A DNA stretch of 64,000 nucleotides from Octopus vulgaris. Its lineage: Eukaryota. Both the position numbers and the translations under genes were made by a program. Below are positions 13,401 to 27,268 of this stretch, in pieces (position 1 is the first letter of the stretch; each line of letters opens with the position of its first letter). The notes under the pieces were generated by a model. That model was given only the letters and a program-made list of their open reading frames with translations, had not been told where the DNA came from and made no database searches. The stretch spans positions 21,390,001-21,454,000 of the forward strand of contig OX597836.1 in NCBI GenBank assembly GCA_951406725.2. The letters run 5' to 3'.

Positions 13401-15654
13401 CCAGATGTAACATCTAGAGGGAGAGAGAGAGAGTTGAATCAGTACTGGGTTGGTACCTATTTACAGCTGAGTAGATGAGGCAATGTGAAATGAAGTGCCT
13501 TGCTCAAGAATACAATGCACTTCCTAGTTTAAGAACTGAACTTATGACCTTATGAGCCCAACTCTCAAACCACTAGGCCACACCCCTTCACATCTGAAGG
13601 CACAATAGCATTATTTTAAGGTAGATATAACATTTATTGTCCTACACTTCTGTATGGGTTCTTAACTACCATTGAATACGAGAATCAACTTTTAATATCT
13701 ATTTCCTAAAATTTACTTAGAATTTTTAATATTTGATAAGATGGACATCATCACCATCATCATCGTTTAACGTCCACTTTCCATGCTAGCATGGGTTTGA
13801 CGATTTGACTGAGGGCTGGCGAACCAGATGGCTGCACCAGGCTCAAGTCTTGATCTGGCAGAGTTTCTACAGCTGGATGCCCTCTGTAGGTTGAAGGAGG
13901 ACAATGTGGAAAAGGCGCTTGCCCTGGTGGTCAGGGCAACCATGGTTTTGTAGTGTCTCCCTCTTTTGGGGAATTATTGTCATAATTTTATATTGTTACT
14001 GTTTTATTTTTCACATGCCTTTTATGTTACCCCACATTGTACTGTACTGTCCCCATTATTTTTCGTGAACCCTTAGTGGTAAATAAAGAAAATATGTTAT
14101 AATTATTATTATCATAATAATTTTATTATCAGAATTTTACCTTTCATCTTCCTGGTGTCAGTAGAATAAAATACTAAGTAACATTGTCAGAAGAGGGAGG
14201 ACAAATGTTTGTGAACCTGTTGATTGGTCACACCTGTGATTAGAAGGGTTCCAGCCTTGACCACCTCATCTGTTTTATCCAGCAGTGATTTGCACAAGAT
14301 ATGTATAGGTGTAGTATGACTAAATAGTTAAGAAGTTTGCTTTGTAACCACAAAGTCCCAGTTATTTCAACAGGTGGTGGGGGTTCGATTTAATTGCCTA
14401 AACACCCTCTCCAAAATATGTATCCTTGTGCTAAGGAATAATTATCTGCATCATCATCATCATCATCATCATTTAGCGTCCGTTTTCCATGCTAGCATGG
14501 GTTGGACGGTTCAACTGGGGTCTGTGAAGCCAGAAGGCTGCATCAGGCCCAGTCTGATCTGGCAGTGTTTCTACGGCTGGATGCCCTTCCTAATGCCAAC
14601 CACTCTGCGAGTGTAGTGGGTGCTTTTTATGTGCCACCCGCACAGGTGCCAGACAGAGCTGGCAAACGGCCACGAACGAATGCCATGGGATGAAGGGGTT
14701 AAGGTATGAAAGAAGGGGGTTAGAACAAAACAGGGCGCAGCTGCATGGCTACCCACTTTACAGGAGAGATGGCTGGAGAGTTTGGGGGACATGGATGGAG
14801 AAAAATTTTCTTCATTTTGTTTCTGTTTTTCATTTATCTTTTTATATTGATTGTGGCCATGCTGGGGCATCCCCTTGAAAAGTTTAATTGAACAAATTGG
14901 CCCTAGTACATATTTTTTTTAAAGTCTGGTATTTATGCTATCAGTCTCTTTTGCTGGACTGCTAAGTTACAGGGACATAGACAGCTGTGGCTGTGTGGTG
15001 AGAAGCATGGAACCTTGGGCAAGTGTCTTCTACTATAGTTTTGGGCCTACCAAAGCCTTGTGAGTGGATTTGGTAGACAGAATCTGAAAGAAGCCTATTG
15101 CATATGTATATCCATGTGTATGTCTTTGTGCCTGTGTTTGTCCCCCACTGCTGATTGATGACTAGTGTCAGTGTGTTTATGTCCCAGTAACCTAGCAGTC
15201 TGGCAAAAAGAGACCATTAAAATAAGTATCAGGCTTAACAAAGAAAAAAAAAATTAGTATTGGGATTGATTTATTGAACTAAAAGTTCTTCAAGGCCGTG
15301 CCTCAGCATGGCCACTGTCTAATGACTGAAACAAGTAAAAGATAAAAAAAGTAACAGAATCCAACATGCAATGGTGGTGGAGATGCAAACACACACACAC
15401 ACACACACACGCACGATGTGCTTTCACACAGTTTTCTTCTTCCAAATCCACTCACAACGTATAGATTGATCCAGAGCTCTAATAGAAGACAGTTACTCAA
15501 GGTGCTGCACAGTGGGACTGAACCCAAAACCCCCTGGTGCCAAAGCAAGCTTCTTAACCACACAACCATGTCTATGTTTCTTCAGTTTCCTTCATGCTTT
15601 GTATCTTTTTTTCTTTATATATTTATTCATTTGCTTTTCGCTTTCTAATTTCAG

Positions 15655-15817
15655 TTTATTTATCTGGAGCAATGAAACCATCAACATCTGGTCTCATCTT
15701 CTTGGCTGTCTCATATTTGTGGTTCTGCTGATGTATGATAACGTCTATGCCATTCCAAAGATATCCGGTTCCTTTATGGATCACATCATCTGTAGTATAT
15801 CTCTCATATGTTTTCAG
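15655..15817 (+). CDS. PAQR3: PAQR3 coding exon 2
   Basis: Pyrimidine-rich acceptor TTTCAG. AG+T gives Ser, then LFIWSNETINIWSHLLG (PAQR ExxxNxxxH motif) ...SLICFQ. Donor CAG|GTGCGT; 163 nt. Confidence 0.96.
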
Positions 15818-16114
15818 GTGCGTATTAAAACTGTTACACATTAATTCCCTTTCCTCACGACCAGTAGTGGTGGTGGTGGCAGTGGTATAATAGTGGTGGT
15901 GATGTTAGTGGTTGTGTTGGTGGTAGTAGTAGTGTAGCCTTCCCCAAGCAATCTCTGATCCTACAGGTCTTTGATCAAAGGTATTTCTATCTTTTTATTC
16001 TTTTACTGGTTTCAGTCATTTGACTGTGGCCATGCTGGAGCACTGCCTTGAAGGGTTTTAGTCGAAGAAATTGACCCCAGGACTTGTTTTTTTAAAGCCT
16101 ACCACTTATTCTAT

Positions 16115-16571
16115 TGCCACACAAGCAGAAGAGCCCAGTCATGGCTGTCAGACAATTTCTGTGACAACATCACCCCCTAACATTTGGCCACCTAACTCTC
16201 CAGACTGCAATCCCCCTTGATTATTGTGGTGCACCTGAGCACTGTATACAATAATTTCATTAGTATTATGTGTGGGGCACAGTTGAGTGAGAGACCAACA
16301 AAACTCCTTGTAACACTAAATATGAACTGAAGGCAAGGATTATGGCAGCATTCACCAACTTAAACAAGGAGACCATCCAGAAGAGTTGCAGGAAATTCTG
16401 AAGTCGTCTGGAGGCTGTGGTTGAATCCAATGGCGATTTTATTGAATAAATTTACTCCAGTATTTTAAGATACTTTTTATGTAATTTTGCTAAATATATC
16501 TGTTAAAATGAGGTGTCAGTGTTATTTTCATTTTCGGGTAATTTAGATGACAATTTATTCATGGCACCCTG
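16115..16571 (+). mobile_element. Tc1/mariner-superfamily transposase 3' remnant with right TIR
   Basis: HTSRRAQSWLSDNF...WPPNSPDCNP(L)DY/YVWG...LEAVVESNGDFIE*, ending CACCCTG|TA. Interrupted at about 16225-16265 by a ~40-bp LINE tail (GTGGTGCACCTGAGCACTGTATACAATAATTTCATT). Confidence 0.85.
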
Positions 16572-19500
16572 TATATATGACGGATTTCTTTCAGTTTCCG
16601 TCTACCAAATCCACTCACAAGGCTATGGTCGGCCTGAGGCTATAGTAGAAGACATTAGCTCAAGGTGCCATACAGTGGGTCTGAACCAAGAACCATGTGG
16701 TTTGGAAGGAAGCTTCTTACCACACAGCCACACCTGGCTGTTTTCTTTTTCATCTGGTTGTATGGTTAAGAAGTTCACTTCCTATCTGTGTGGTTTTGGA
16801 TTCAATCCCACTGGATGTCGTCTTGGAGAATTGTAATCTGCTGGCATGGGTTTTTTTACAAGGTGCTGGTACAGCTGCTTTGTTTGTGGTGCCTGCACGG
16901 GGGCATTTTGAAGACCACAGGGTGTAATCTGAGGGATATGTAGCTACTACTATTAGCAAGTCACACTTTTACTGTTGTGGTGTTAGCTATGACCAGTTCT
17001 GTTTGGGCAGGCCAATGCTACAGTTTCAATCCCACTGTACAGCGGTTTGGATGAGAGTCTTGTACCATAGTGTAAGGTTGACCAATAAACCAATGCTTTG
17101 TGACTGGTAAATCACTGTACAGCAATTTGAATATCCTACTGTAGTCTTGTATTGACCAATGCTTTGTGAGTAAAGTTTGGTAAGAAAGAAACTGTGCAGA
17201 AGCCTGTGAGAGGGACTGTTCCTAATCTTTGGTTGTAGATTTAGATTTAATCCCCTCATCTGGTCCCCAGGATCTTCTAGTGGACTCCACTGTGTTGCAA
17301 GCATTCAAGTCAGGACATTGGTCTCAGAAAGAAAATGTTCACCCTTTTTTCCCCCTCTCCAAGTCTTAGAGCCCTCCAGAGTAAGGCTACTGTCACTACC
17401 CTTCCTCCCCAATTCCCTGACTTGGTCATTAAAAGAAACATAACAAAAAAGATTCCAAACTGTATTTATTCTTTTACCCTTGTTTCAGTCATTGGTCTAT
17501 GGCCATGTTGGGGACCCCTGCCTTGAAGGGCTTTTATTCAGCCAAATTGATCCCAGTACTTATTTGAAGCTTGGTGTTTATTTTGTCTGTCTTTTTTGTC
17601 AAAGCTCTTAGATACAAGGATATAAACTATTTTACATCAGTTGCTAAATGGTGAGAACACACACACACATTCGACAAGCTTCCACCAGTTTCCTTTTTTC
17701 AGATTCACTCTCAAGGCATTAGTCAGCTTGTAGTTATCGTAGAAAACCCTTTCTTGAAGTGCTGTGTAATGGGACTGAGCCTGAAACTTCATTGTTATGA
17801 AGCAAATTTCATTTTCACACTACCATGCCTGTGCCTAAAAAAAAATCACACTATTCTGATGCTGAGAATTGAACTCAGGCCACTAGATGACATGGGATGT
17901 ATTTATTTAACTGTCTTGCTTAAAATTTAGAAATTAAAAAACAATTGGTTCCCTTTTTGAAAATGGTCAGTAGTTTGTGTTGATTGAGATTCAAATAGGC
18001 TGATGATTATAAAATTAATAAGCTTAATTATTGCTGAGGCTAATCAACGTTTCCAACTAACTGGATTATAGATTTAGGTCTGTCATGAACTCTAGGATTC
18101 ATGAGACCAGAGCTTAACCTGGATTCTATGACATAAGTTACTGTGATTATAATACTCTGCTTCATCCTACTCAGTAGGATGCTAGTCTGTCACATGGTTA
18201 ACTTGCCAGCTGTTGCAAGAACTCATCTCTGAGAGGACTGGAACAATAGGAAATGAAATTCCTTGTTAAATGGCTCAAGAACACAATGTACTGCCTATTC
18301 CAGGAATTGAACCTATGGCATTACAATTGTGAGCCAAACATTCTCAGCGCTGGGCCACATGACTATTATCGACATTGTAGTTCTTTATTTTATGCATTTA
18401 ATGTACTGCATTTAGTTAAGTTAAGTTAATTTTTTTTTTTGGCACAAAAAGCAAAAAGCAAGGCCATGTAGGGGGAGCAGTTTTTGTGAATAGAGACGGG
18501 TGAATCCTCATTTGATTCTTCATAGCCTCTTAGGACTTCGAGTTAGATCTGTAATAAGTCCTAGAACTTAAAAGGCTGGTGCTTAATCCCTTTTCCATCA
18601 TAAATGATTGAGCTTGCAACACTGGCTGCCTTCCCTGAATGGTATGGGGGTCCATTGTAGAGTCAACTTCTCAGCTGAGTGAACTGGATCAACATGAAAT
18701 AAAATATTTCACTCAAGGACACAACACACTGCCTAGTCTAGGAATTGAAACCATGATCTTATGGTCTTACTGAGGATTAGACTTAGATCTATCATGAGCC
18801 CTAGGACTCAGAAGACTAGAGCTTGACCTGGTTTCCGTAGCAAATAAGTGACTGAGATTACAACTTTCTCCCTCTTCCCCTGGACAGGATGCCAGTCTGT
18901 CGCAGAGTTAACTTACCAGCTATTACTGGAACTCATTTACAGCTGAGTGGACTGAGGCAATGTGAAATGATCTGTTTTTGCTCAAGTACACAAAAACTGC
19001 CTGGTTTGGGAATCAAAATAAAATCTTACATTCATGGGTGCAGCACCCTAACCTTCAAACACACATTATTGATATAAACAAATAATGACATGGGAATGTC
19101 TTCAGGGATGCCTTCTGAGTGAAGAACATATAGTTGAGTGAGGATTAACATACTTAGAGTATGTTAAGAGAGAACATCCCCTTTGCCTTGTCACCCACTG
19201 CTATCAATTATTTGAATTAGTTAAAACGATTGCTTCTGTAATGAAAAGATAAGGCATTAGACATGAGAGTTCTTGTCAAGAAATCTAAAGACAACTTCGA
19301 AATCTTCAAACTGGAGAGAGAGTCAACTTGAATGTCTGTAACAGAGGAATCCACTGAAGTGATAAAAAAATAAGTTTGGAGGACCTGTAGTGGGGAGTTA
19401 AAATGAGTTTTATTTCACAAGTACAGTGATAACTCTAAGCATGTTTCTGTATTATTTAGACCGCTTCAGCAAAGCAAAGTCTAACTGATAGATGCTAGAT

Positions 19501-20467
19501 CTTAGATTGACCTGGAAAGAATATTTAGGATTTCGAGTACAAAAAACAAAACAAAACAAAAAAAATGAAACAAATAAAACACAAAAAATATACACTTACT
19601 GATTAATGTGATGTAAATAATAGAATATCTACTGACTGAGAATAAAGTCAAAAACTAGGCTGTGGATAGTGGTGGCAGTGGTGGTGGTGGGTTATTATTT
19701 AGTGGATTAGCACCAAGATATGTGCTGTCAATAATAGGAAGGTGTCTGATTTAGTGGACTAGTACCTAGATATGTGTCATGTCATAAATAGGGAGGTGTA
19801 TAATTTAGTGGATTAGCATCAAGGGGGCTATCTGTGCCATAGACAGGATGTGTTTATGACTTAGTGAATTAATACCTGTGTTTGTTTTCATTCTATAGTT
19901 TTGTGGTGGCATATTCCATCCAGCTAGAACAATAATAAAACTTTAATAACTTTCCAGATCTATTTGGACAGGAAAGTGAAGATGGAAAGAGAAGTGCCTA
20001 TTCTCCTCTTCCAAGTTTGTTTAAAAATTAGGTGACAGGGACAAAAATGATAAGTGTTTTGCTTCTCACCTTCAGCTGGTACCTGAAGAAAGAGAGGATG
20101 ACATTTGGGAGAGACCACTTATCCTTAGTAGTCACGGTGACCCTAGATTTGTGAGGTTTCTTTATTGGCCCTTGTTGGAGGCTCTCCATTAACAAAGGAC
20201 TGTATCAGTCCTTATTTGAATATGATTTATATTCTTTATCTCTAGTATTATTTCTGTGTAGACGTCCACATTGGCAGAATCATTATAATGTCAAACAAAA
20301 TGTCTTGTATTTTTTCCATACATTCTGAGTTCAAATCTTATTGATGTCAACATTACCTTTTATTATAAAGGGATTGATAAAGTAAAATACCATCAAGAAC
20401 CGAGCTCAAATGTTATTGACTAACCCTTTCCCTCAAAGTTGCTGACCTTGTGTCTAAATTAGGAACA

Positions 20468-20529
<62 letters not shown>

Positions 20530-20987
20530 CAAGGTGGTGAGCTAACAGTATTGTTAAAATGTCTGGCAAAATGCTTAGGGGCATTTCATCTGCCACTGCA
20601 TTCTGAGTTCAAGTTCCATCGAGTTCGACTTTGTTTTTCATCCTTTTGGGGTTGATAAATTAAGTACCAGTGAAACACTGGAGTCGATGTAATCTTTTTC
20701 TTTTTGCCAGCTGTAAACTTGAAAATTTAAGACTGACGATGTCATTCCATCAACGTAGGAATGCTCATTGCTCTTGTTCAAATTTAGAATTTTTGAATAT
20801 CCATAATTTTAAATTTCTAAGTACCACTCTTCATTTTGAACTCAACAAAGACAGACAAGCTGTTGGAATATCGTTGAACCAATAAAATATCTGTTGCAAT
20901 CGCATTGCACTCTTTGTATTGCCTATTTACTTTTCTGAAGAGTGACATTAATCTTTTAAAATATTATTATTATCATCATCATCATCA

Positions 20988-21052
<65 letters not shown>

Positions 21053-21667
21053 TATGATGCTTTTAATGAGCAGCTATGAGTTTAAGGTGACATCTTTTAT
21101 GATGGCTTATGTTGACAGTATTGAATTGCTTTGTTGGAGATCAGGACTTCGTTAGCTTAAAAAAGAAAATAAAAGATACTCATTATAATAAAAGAATTTG
21201 ATACTATGTATGTGAAGAGTGCTAGGTGTGTATGTGTGTGTGCATGTGCACCTGTGTGTGTATGCTTGTGTGTATGATTGTACTCCAACAAAAAAACAAT
21301 GAGTCCTAAGTTGTACTCCAATAAAAAGCAAAGAATACTAGGTGTGTGTTGTACTTAAACAGGAAAGTTGAGAATTGAATGAGAAAGTGTGTGTGTGTGT
21401 TGTACTCTACTAGTTTAGTGTGTGTTGTACTCCAACAAAAAGCAAACAACACTTGATGTGTTGTACTCCAATGAAAAGCAAAGAGTACTAAGTGTAGATT
21501 ATTCTCCAACAAAGTTATAAGCATACTAAGTGTGTGTTGTACTGCAACAAAATAAGAAAGTATCAAGTACTATAAAAATTCAGTGTTTTTTGTTGTTTTA
21601 ATCATTCTTTTGTATATTTATTTAATTTTCTCTTTTTTTTTGTTTCTTCTTCCTCTTCTCTCTGCAG

Positions 21668-21820
21668 ATTTGTATGATTAGTTCTGCTTCATATCATGTC
21701 TTTTACTGTCATTCCCCTAAAGCCAACATCCGGTGGTTGGCTATTGACCTGTCTGGAATAATATTTGGTCTGATGGGATGTTACATTCCTGGGGTGCATT
21801 ATTCATTTTATTGTTTAGTG
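21668..21820 (+). CDS. PAQR3: PAQR3 coding exon 3
   Basis: Acceptor TCTCTGCAG. ICMISSASYHVFYCHS...WLAIDLSGI...FYCLV contains SxxxH and the conserved Asp. Donor GTG|GTAAGT; 153 nt, phase 0-0. Confidence 0.96.
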
Positions 21821-22439
21821 GTAAGTCATGTTCTCTCTCTCTCTCTCTCTCTCTCTGACTATATTTTTTGTGTGTTTGTGTGTGTGTATTTATGTACATA
21901 TATGTTTGTTTCTTTATTTCTCCTTTTCTTCCTCCTGTGTGACTTATAATTATTTTTGTTAATTCTAACCCCAACTTTTATTGCAATGTTCTTGCTTTTT
22001 GTTTCTCCCTCCTTTACAATTGCTGGCCTGTTTAATTTTCTCATCTAATGACTCTTCTTTTTGTCCCCATGAGATACAAAGGCTGACTGTTCATGGTGCA
22101 AACACCAATACTGGAAGTCTCTCTTGTTTCTCCTCACATCATGCTAGACTTGACCACTAGGTCCCTGTCCACTATAGTAACAGTCATAACCATCTCATAT
22201 TACAATAGTTACTCATTGTTGTATTTGAGCATTTGGAATCCTATTCTATTTTACTTTATTTTCTGATTTTTGGCAACTTTAATTGAAAGGGAAAATTAAT
22301 CATGCTTGCAAATCTACCATCTGCTGGTCAAGCATGGCCCAACTTCTCTTATTCCTCACAGGTACAGATACAACCAGATTGTGACCAACAAAGAACCAAA
22401 TAGTTTTTCTGCAGAAGACAGAATCCCTTCTACTGTAGG

Positions 22440-23768
22440 TTCCAAAACATTAAGGGTAGCAACTTTAAAAGTAGGCACAATGAAAAGTAGTTCCAGTGAG
22501 ATTGTGGAGATGCTGGAGTGGAGATGAGACAAGTGGATGTGTGTTGTGTGCAAGCCGTAAGATGGAAGGGATCCTCAGTCAAACTCCTCACAGGTAGAAG
22601 ACAGCAGTTCAAACTCTTCTGTGCAGGCAGTAGTGATGGAAGGAGTGGAGTAGGTATACTGTTAACTGAGAGATGAATAGATAAGGTAACAGAAGTAGTC
22701 AGGGTGTGTGATAAGATTGTTAAGTTAAGATTAATCATAGGCAACACAATAGTGACATTTATCTAGGCATATTCTCCACAGGATAGACTACTAGAAGAAC
22801 AGAAGAATCATGTCTGTGAGATTCTTCTGCAGACTGCCTCAATGACAAGTGATGCTGATCTTATTGTAGCTGGTGATTTCAACGGACATATTAGTCAACA
22901 CAAGATGTATGTGGAAGTTATGGTTATGGCATGGGAAATGAGGCAAATGTAAGGCTGCTGGGGTTTTGTGATGTTACTGAGATAACAATTTGCCCCACAC
23001 TCTGTAAGAAACCAACCAACTACCTTATCATTTACCAGGAAATGGGGCAGAAGGGTCATTGTGAATATCAGTACCTCTCCCAGTGAAGAATGCACTGTGC
23101 AACTTAAGTTAGTGGCTAGTGACTTCTGTTAGAGCAGGTGAAAGCATCATGGAGAAGGAAGGTCTGGAGAATCATGACATCATTGGTGAGAAGTGTGTTC
23201 AGAATGATAAATTCAAAGTTGCCACCAATATGGAGGAAAAGAAGTTGGTGTGGAAGTCCTATTATGAAAGGTAGCTGAATGTGGAGAGTGCATGGAATGA
23301 ACAAGGATTCAGGCTAGCAATCCAAATTGACAGTAGTGAGGTAGATAAAGTAATCAAGGCTATGAAGAGGGGGAAAGCTGCAGGCTCATTGGGGACAGTG
23401 CAGAGATGCTTTAAATATCTGGGAAAGTATGATACAAAATTACTTGAATAGTTAATCAAGTCATCCAGGAGGGTGTCATACCCAATGACACCCTCCTGGA
23501 TGCAGTATCATCATAAACTGCGATGCCTTAGAGAGAGGCAACTATTGGGGAATCAAACTTCTAGACCAAGTTATGAAGGTCTTGGAGAAAGTTATAGACT
23601 AGTTGGTCTGTGATAGTGAACCTGGATGAAATGGCTTTGTTCCTGAAAAAGGAACCAGAGATGCAGTCTTCCTAGTGAAGCAACAGCAAATGAAATACCT
23701 AGCTGAGAGTAAACCACTATTCCAACCCATGCCAGCATGGAACATGGACGTTAAATGATGATGACGAT
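22440..23768 (+). mobile_element. Degraded RTE-clade LINE (AP endonuclease and start of RT), internally deleted
   Basis: TLRVATLKVGTM...VRWKG...GVGILL...AYSPQ...VAGDFNGH (APE domain), then RGNYWGIKLLDQVMKVLEKVI...GFVPEKGTRDAVFLVKQ (RT N-terminus). Many stops and frameshifts; ends in a (GAT)n tail. Confidence 0.88.
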
Positions 23769-24051
23769 GATGCTGATGTATGATGTTTTTACTTTCATTT
23801 TTCCATGTTAGAATGGGCTGCACAAATATATTATCGAACCATTATTCTCTAGCTAGAGGCCCTTCTGGTCAAGGAAATTGTTACACAGGATGTAAGACCC
23901 ATATTTCTGGTTGAGATACTTCATGTTATCGCGATCAGCTGCCAGTATGGTACACCGTCATTATGATTTTGTTGTCATCCACCTGTTACAAACAACTGAT
24001 AGACAGACGAAAGTGTATTAACACCCCTTTCATCTTTCTAGAAAAAAATTT

Positions 24052-24463
24052 GGATCTTTTCGGTTTGAACGGCAGTTTTTAACATAATTTCTAGGTAACT
24101 AAAAAATTTTAAACTTTGTATACTGGTAGAATGTGTTTATAAAACATCTTTTTCTCTTGGCTTTATTGAGAAAATTCTATAGTTTGTAAGATATTTGTTG
24201 TTTTTTTCTTCAATTTCTGCAATTTCAACCAATCACGGACGTCTATTGAGGTAAAAAAACATTGTGCCATATGAATATGTCCCTCGTTTAAGAACCAGAT
24301 TGGGTTTTTTTACATTTCTGAAGAAAAAAAGATACCCTTCCCCCCACCCAAACCCTAACTAACCCCAATCCTAAAAGAGATTGAAATGCACTAGATCGAT
24401 ACTAGGGTCATAATTATGGGTGACACTGCTAGAAAAAAACTGCCGTTCAAACCGAAAAGATCC
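24052..24463. mobile_element. MITE with perfect 29-bp TIRs and 7-bp TSD
   Basis: GGATCTTTTCGGTTTGAACGGCAGTTTTT at the left end and its reverse complement at the right end; AAAATTT duplicated at 24045-24051 and 24464-24470. Confidence 0.9.
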
Positions 24464-25671
24464 AAAATTTCCATTTTGACAATTTAAATAAATGTCTCTT
24501 AAAGGTAAAACAGTCAGTAAATAACGTAAAACAGTCAATAAATAACGTAAAACAATATTAGGTGTGGGTTATTTTTGCTGTGAAAGGAGATATAATGAGA
24601 TGACATGACCGTCCCAAATAACTGAAAATGTACTGTAAGCAATTCTTCTTTAGTTTGTGCTAACATGCGGTGGTATTTTGGCTTGCTTTCAATATTCTAT
24701 TGTTAGTAATAATTATTTTGCCAAGCAGGTTTATGCTTATCTGGCTCCCTAACCTAATACACTTAGTCTCTCATGCGTAATATGGCCGCATTAAACGCAA
24801 GCTAAATGGTACATTTAAAAAGACAGAAGCGCATCTTGCTGTATGCCAGCAAATACGGTACATTTAAATATTCAGTTAGATATTTCTTTAATCAAGAGAC
24901 AAAACTGGGAAAACCAGCTCTTTGCTAATTAATAATCATAATCAAATGACTAGGCTCTGTGGGAAAATTGTTTTAAATATAAGCAGACTTTGGTAGTGAA
25001 AGAGTCGGAAGCCACTGTTGTCAGTTAAGGTGAAACAGTGTCACATGACAACTTGCTGGGGCTGCCTGCTGACAGGTGACGGTCGTTTAGAAAAAGCATG
25101 GGCTAAAACTACGCGCCTTCACTAGTCAGTTGAGGTGAGACAGTGTCACGTGACAACTTGCTGGGGCTGCCTGCTGGAGCCTAGCGGCAGGTATTTAAAG
25201 GGAAAAATTTGACAAGTCAGTCAGTCACCGGGTGACACTCGCTGACGATACATCAAAGAGGCCAGGGAACAGAAAAAAGAAGAAGAAAGAAGACATGCAC
25301 CCAACACCAGAGCTGAAGACACCTCCGAAAGGGGGGGGGGCGCCACGTCAAAGCGGTAGAGGAGTAGGGGTCGAAACCGGACGTGGTTCCTCCTGATGAT
25401 ATCTTGAGCTAACTGGATCCTATAAAGGAGCTGTTGTGGTAGCAGACCACGAAACACGGTTGTAATTCCTAATTCATGTAAGGGAGGCAACTATGTTGGT
25501 AATAGTGCTAGATAAGGGAGTTAAATCTGGTTTCTGGAAGAGGAAAACTAGAAAAGAAAACTGAATCTTGAATGATCTTTCGTAGAAATCTCAGGAATAT
25601 TGAACCTTGTTTATGTAAGGACAAAGTTTGTTTAGCCCTAGGTCAGTCCTAATTCTAGTTTCACTTGAGCA

Positions 25672-25750
<79 letters not shown>

Positions 25751-26452
25751 ATGTATATGTATAGATATATGTATACATATGTATATATATATATATAGTG
25801 GCTGTGTGGTAGGTAGCTTGCTTACCAACCATATGGTCCTGCGTTCAGTCCCACTGTATGGCACCTTGGGCAAGTGTCTTCCATTATAGCCTCAGGCCGA
25901 CCAAACCCTTGTGAGTGGATTTGGTAGATGGAAACTGGAAGAAGCGTGTTGTATATATATATATATATGTATGTGTATATATGTTTGTTCCCCCAGCATC
26001 GCTTGACAACCGATGCTGATGTGTTTACATCCCCGTAAACTAGCGGTTCGGCAAAAGAGACTGATATAATAAGTACTAGGCTTACAAAGAATAAGCTCTG
26101 GGGTCGATTTGCTCGACTATAAAGGCGGTGCTCCAGCAGCAACAACAATGGGGTAGGGGATGAGGCTGAGGGGAGGGTCATAGTGCTACTAAGAACAATC
26201 ACACGCACACTAAAGTGCAGACGCGTGTGCACCTAGGTCCCCCTTCATAGAAGAACAGAATGGAATAAGTAGAGCAAGAGCACACACATGAAGATGGAGA
26301 GTGTCACTGAAGAGGTCACAAGTGTGTGGCGAAAGATTTCTGGACAATGGATGTGAGTTAGAACAATAATAAACGAGTGAAGAACAAATACATACTGTGT
26401 CTGTTTATTTGGCAAAAAAAAAAAAAAAATTACCATACCAAAATACATTATA

Positions 26453-26500
<48 letters not shown>

Positions 26501-27002
26501 ACAAATAAGAAAATGGAGAAACAAATTTGGTTTGTTCATCAACTTACGGATATTATAATGTTGGATTATTTATTCATTTAACAAAATGAGAACATCAATG
26601 GCATATATATTTATATATATATACAAAAATTTAAAGGACTGACCACTAAAAGTGGACAGTCAATATGCTGGATATAGACGTCAAAATCACTATTTTCCAC
26701 GAAGAATGTGTTCTCAAGAAAAATCTTCGGATTTCTTTTAATATGCTAGGCCACTGGTTTTAATTGATTAATATCAATTTCTACCCTTATTCAATTTTAT
26801 ATATATATATATATCTTATAATTCAATACATATAAGATATGGTAAAAATATTTCTTTACCTTCACCCGTTTAATACAAAGAGTTAATTGCATTGCAATTA
26901 AAAACATTTATGTATTAAGAATCTGGGTACTGTACCAACAGTATATTGGATAAATGCTATCCCATAGTGGGTTACACCCATAACCCCTATCTTACTATAT
27001 AC

Positions 27003-27033
<31 letters not shown>

Positions 27034-27268
27034 GTACAGAACTCCTTCCAGCTTACTCTGAGAGACGGGATTAACAGGTGGTAACTGACAAAAAATATAG
27101 GAAGTTTTACAAGTGTAATATAAGGCCAAACTAAATGGGTATATATATATATAGTTTTTACACCTGTGATGCCCTACCTAATTCTTTCCACTTTAAAGAG
27201 TGTACTAGGTGCCTGTTTGGTACTAGTGGGGTTTTGGGAAACAACTTACAAGACAATAATTAATTAAA

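Noticed and set aside
24345-24375. CCCTAA-like patch as a telomerase RNA template or interstitial telomere
   Set aside because: It is short, degenerate and internal to a TIR/TSD-bounded MITE.
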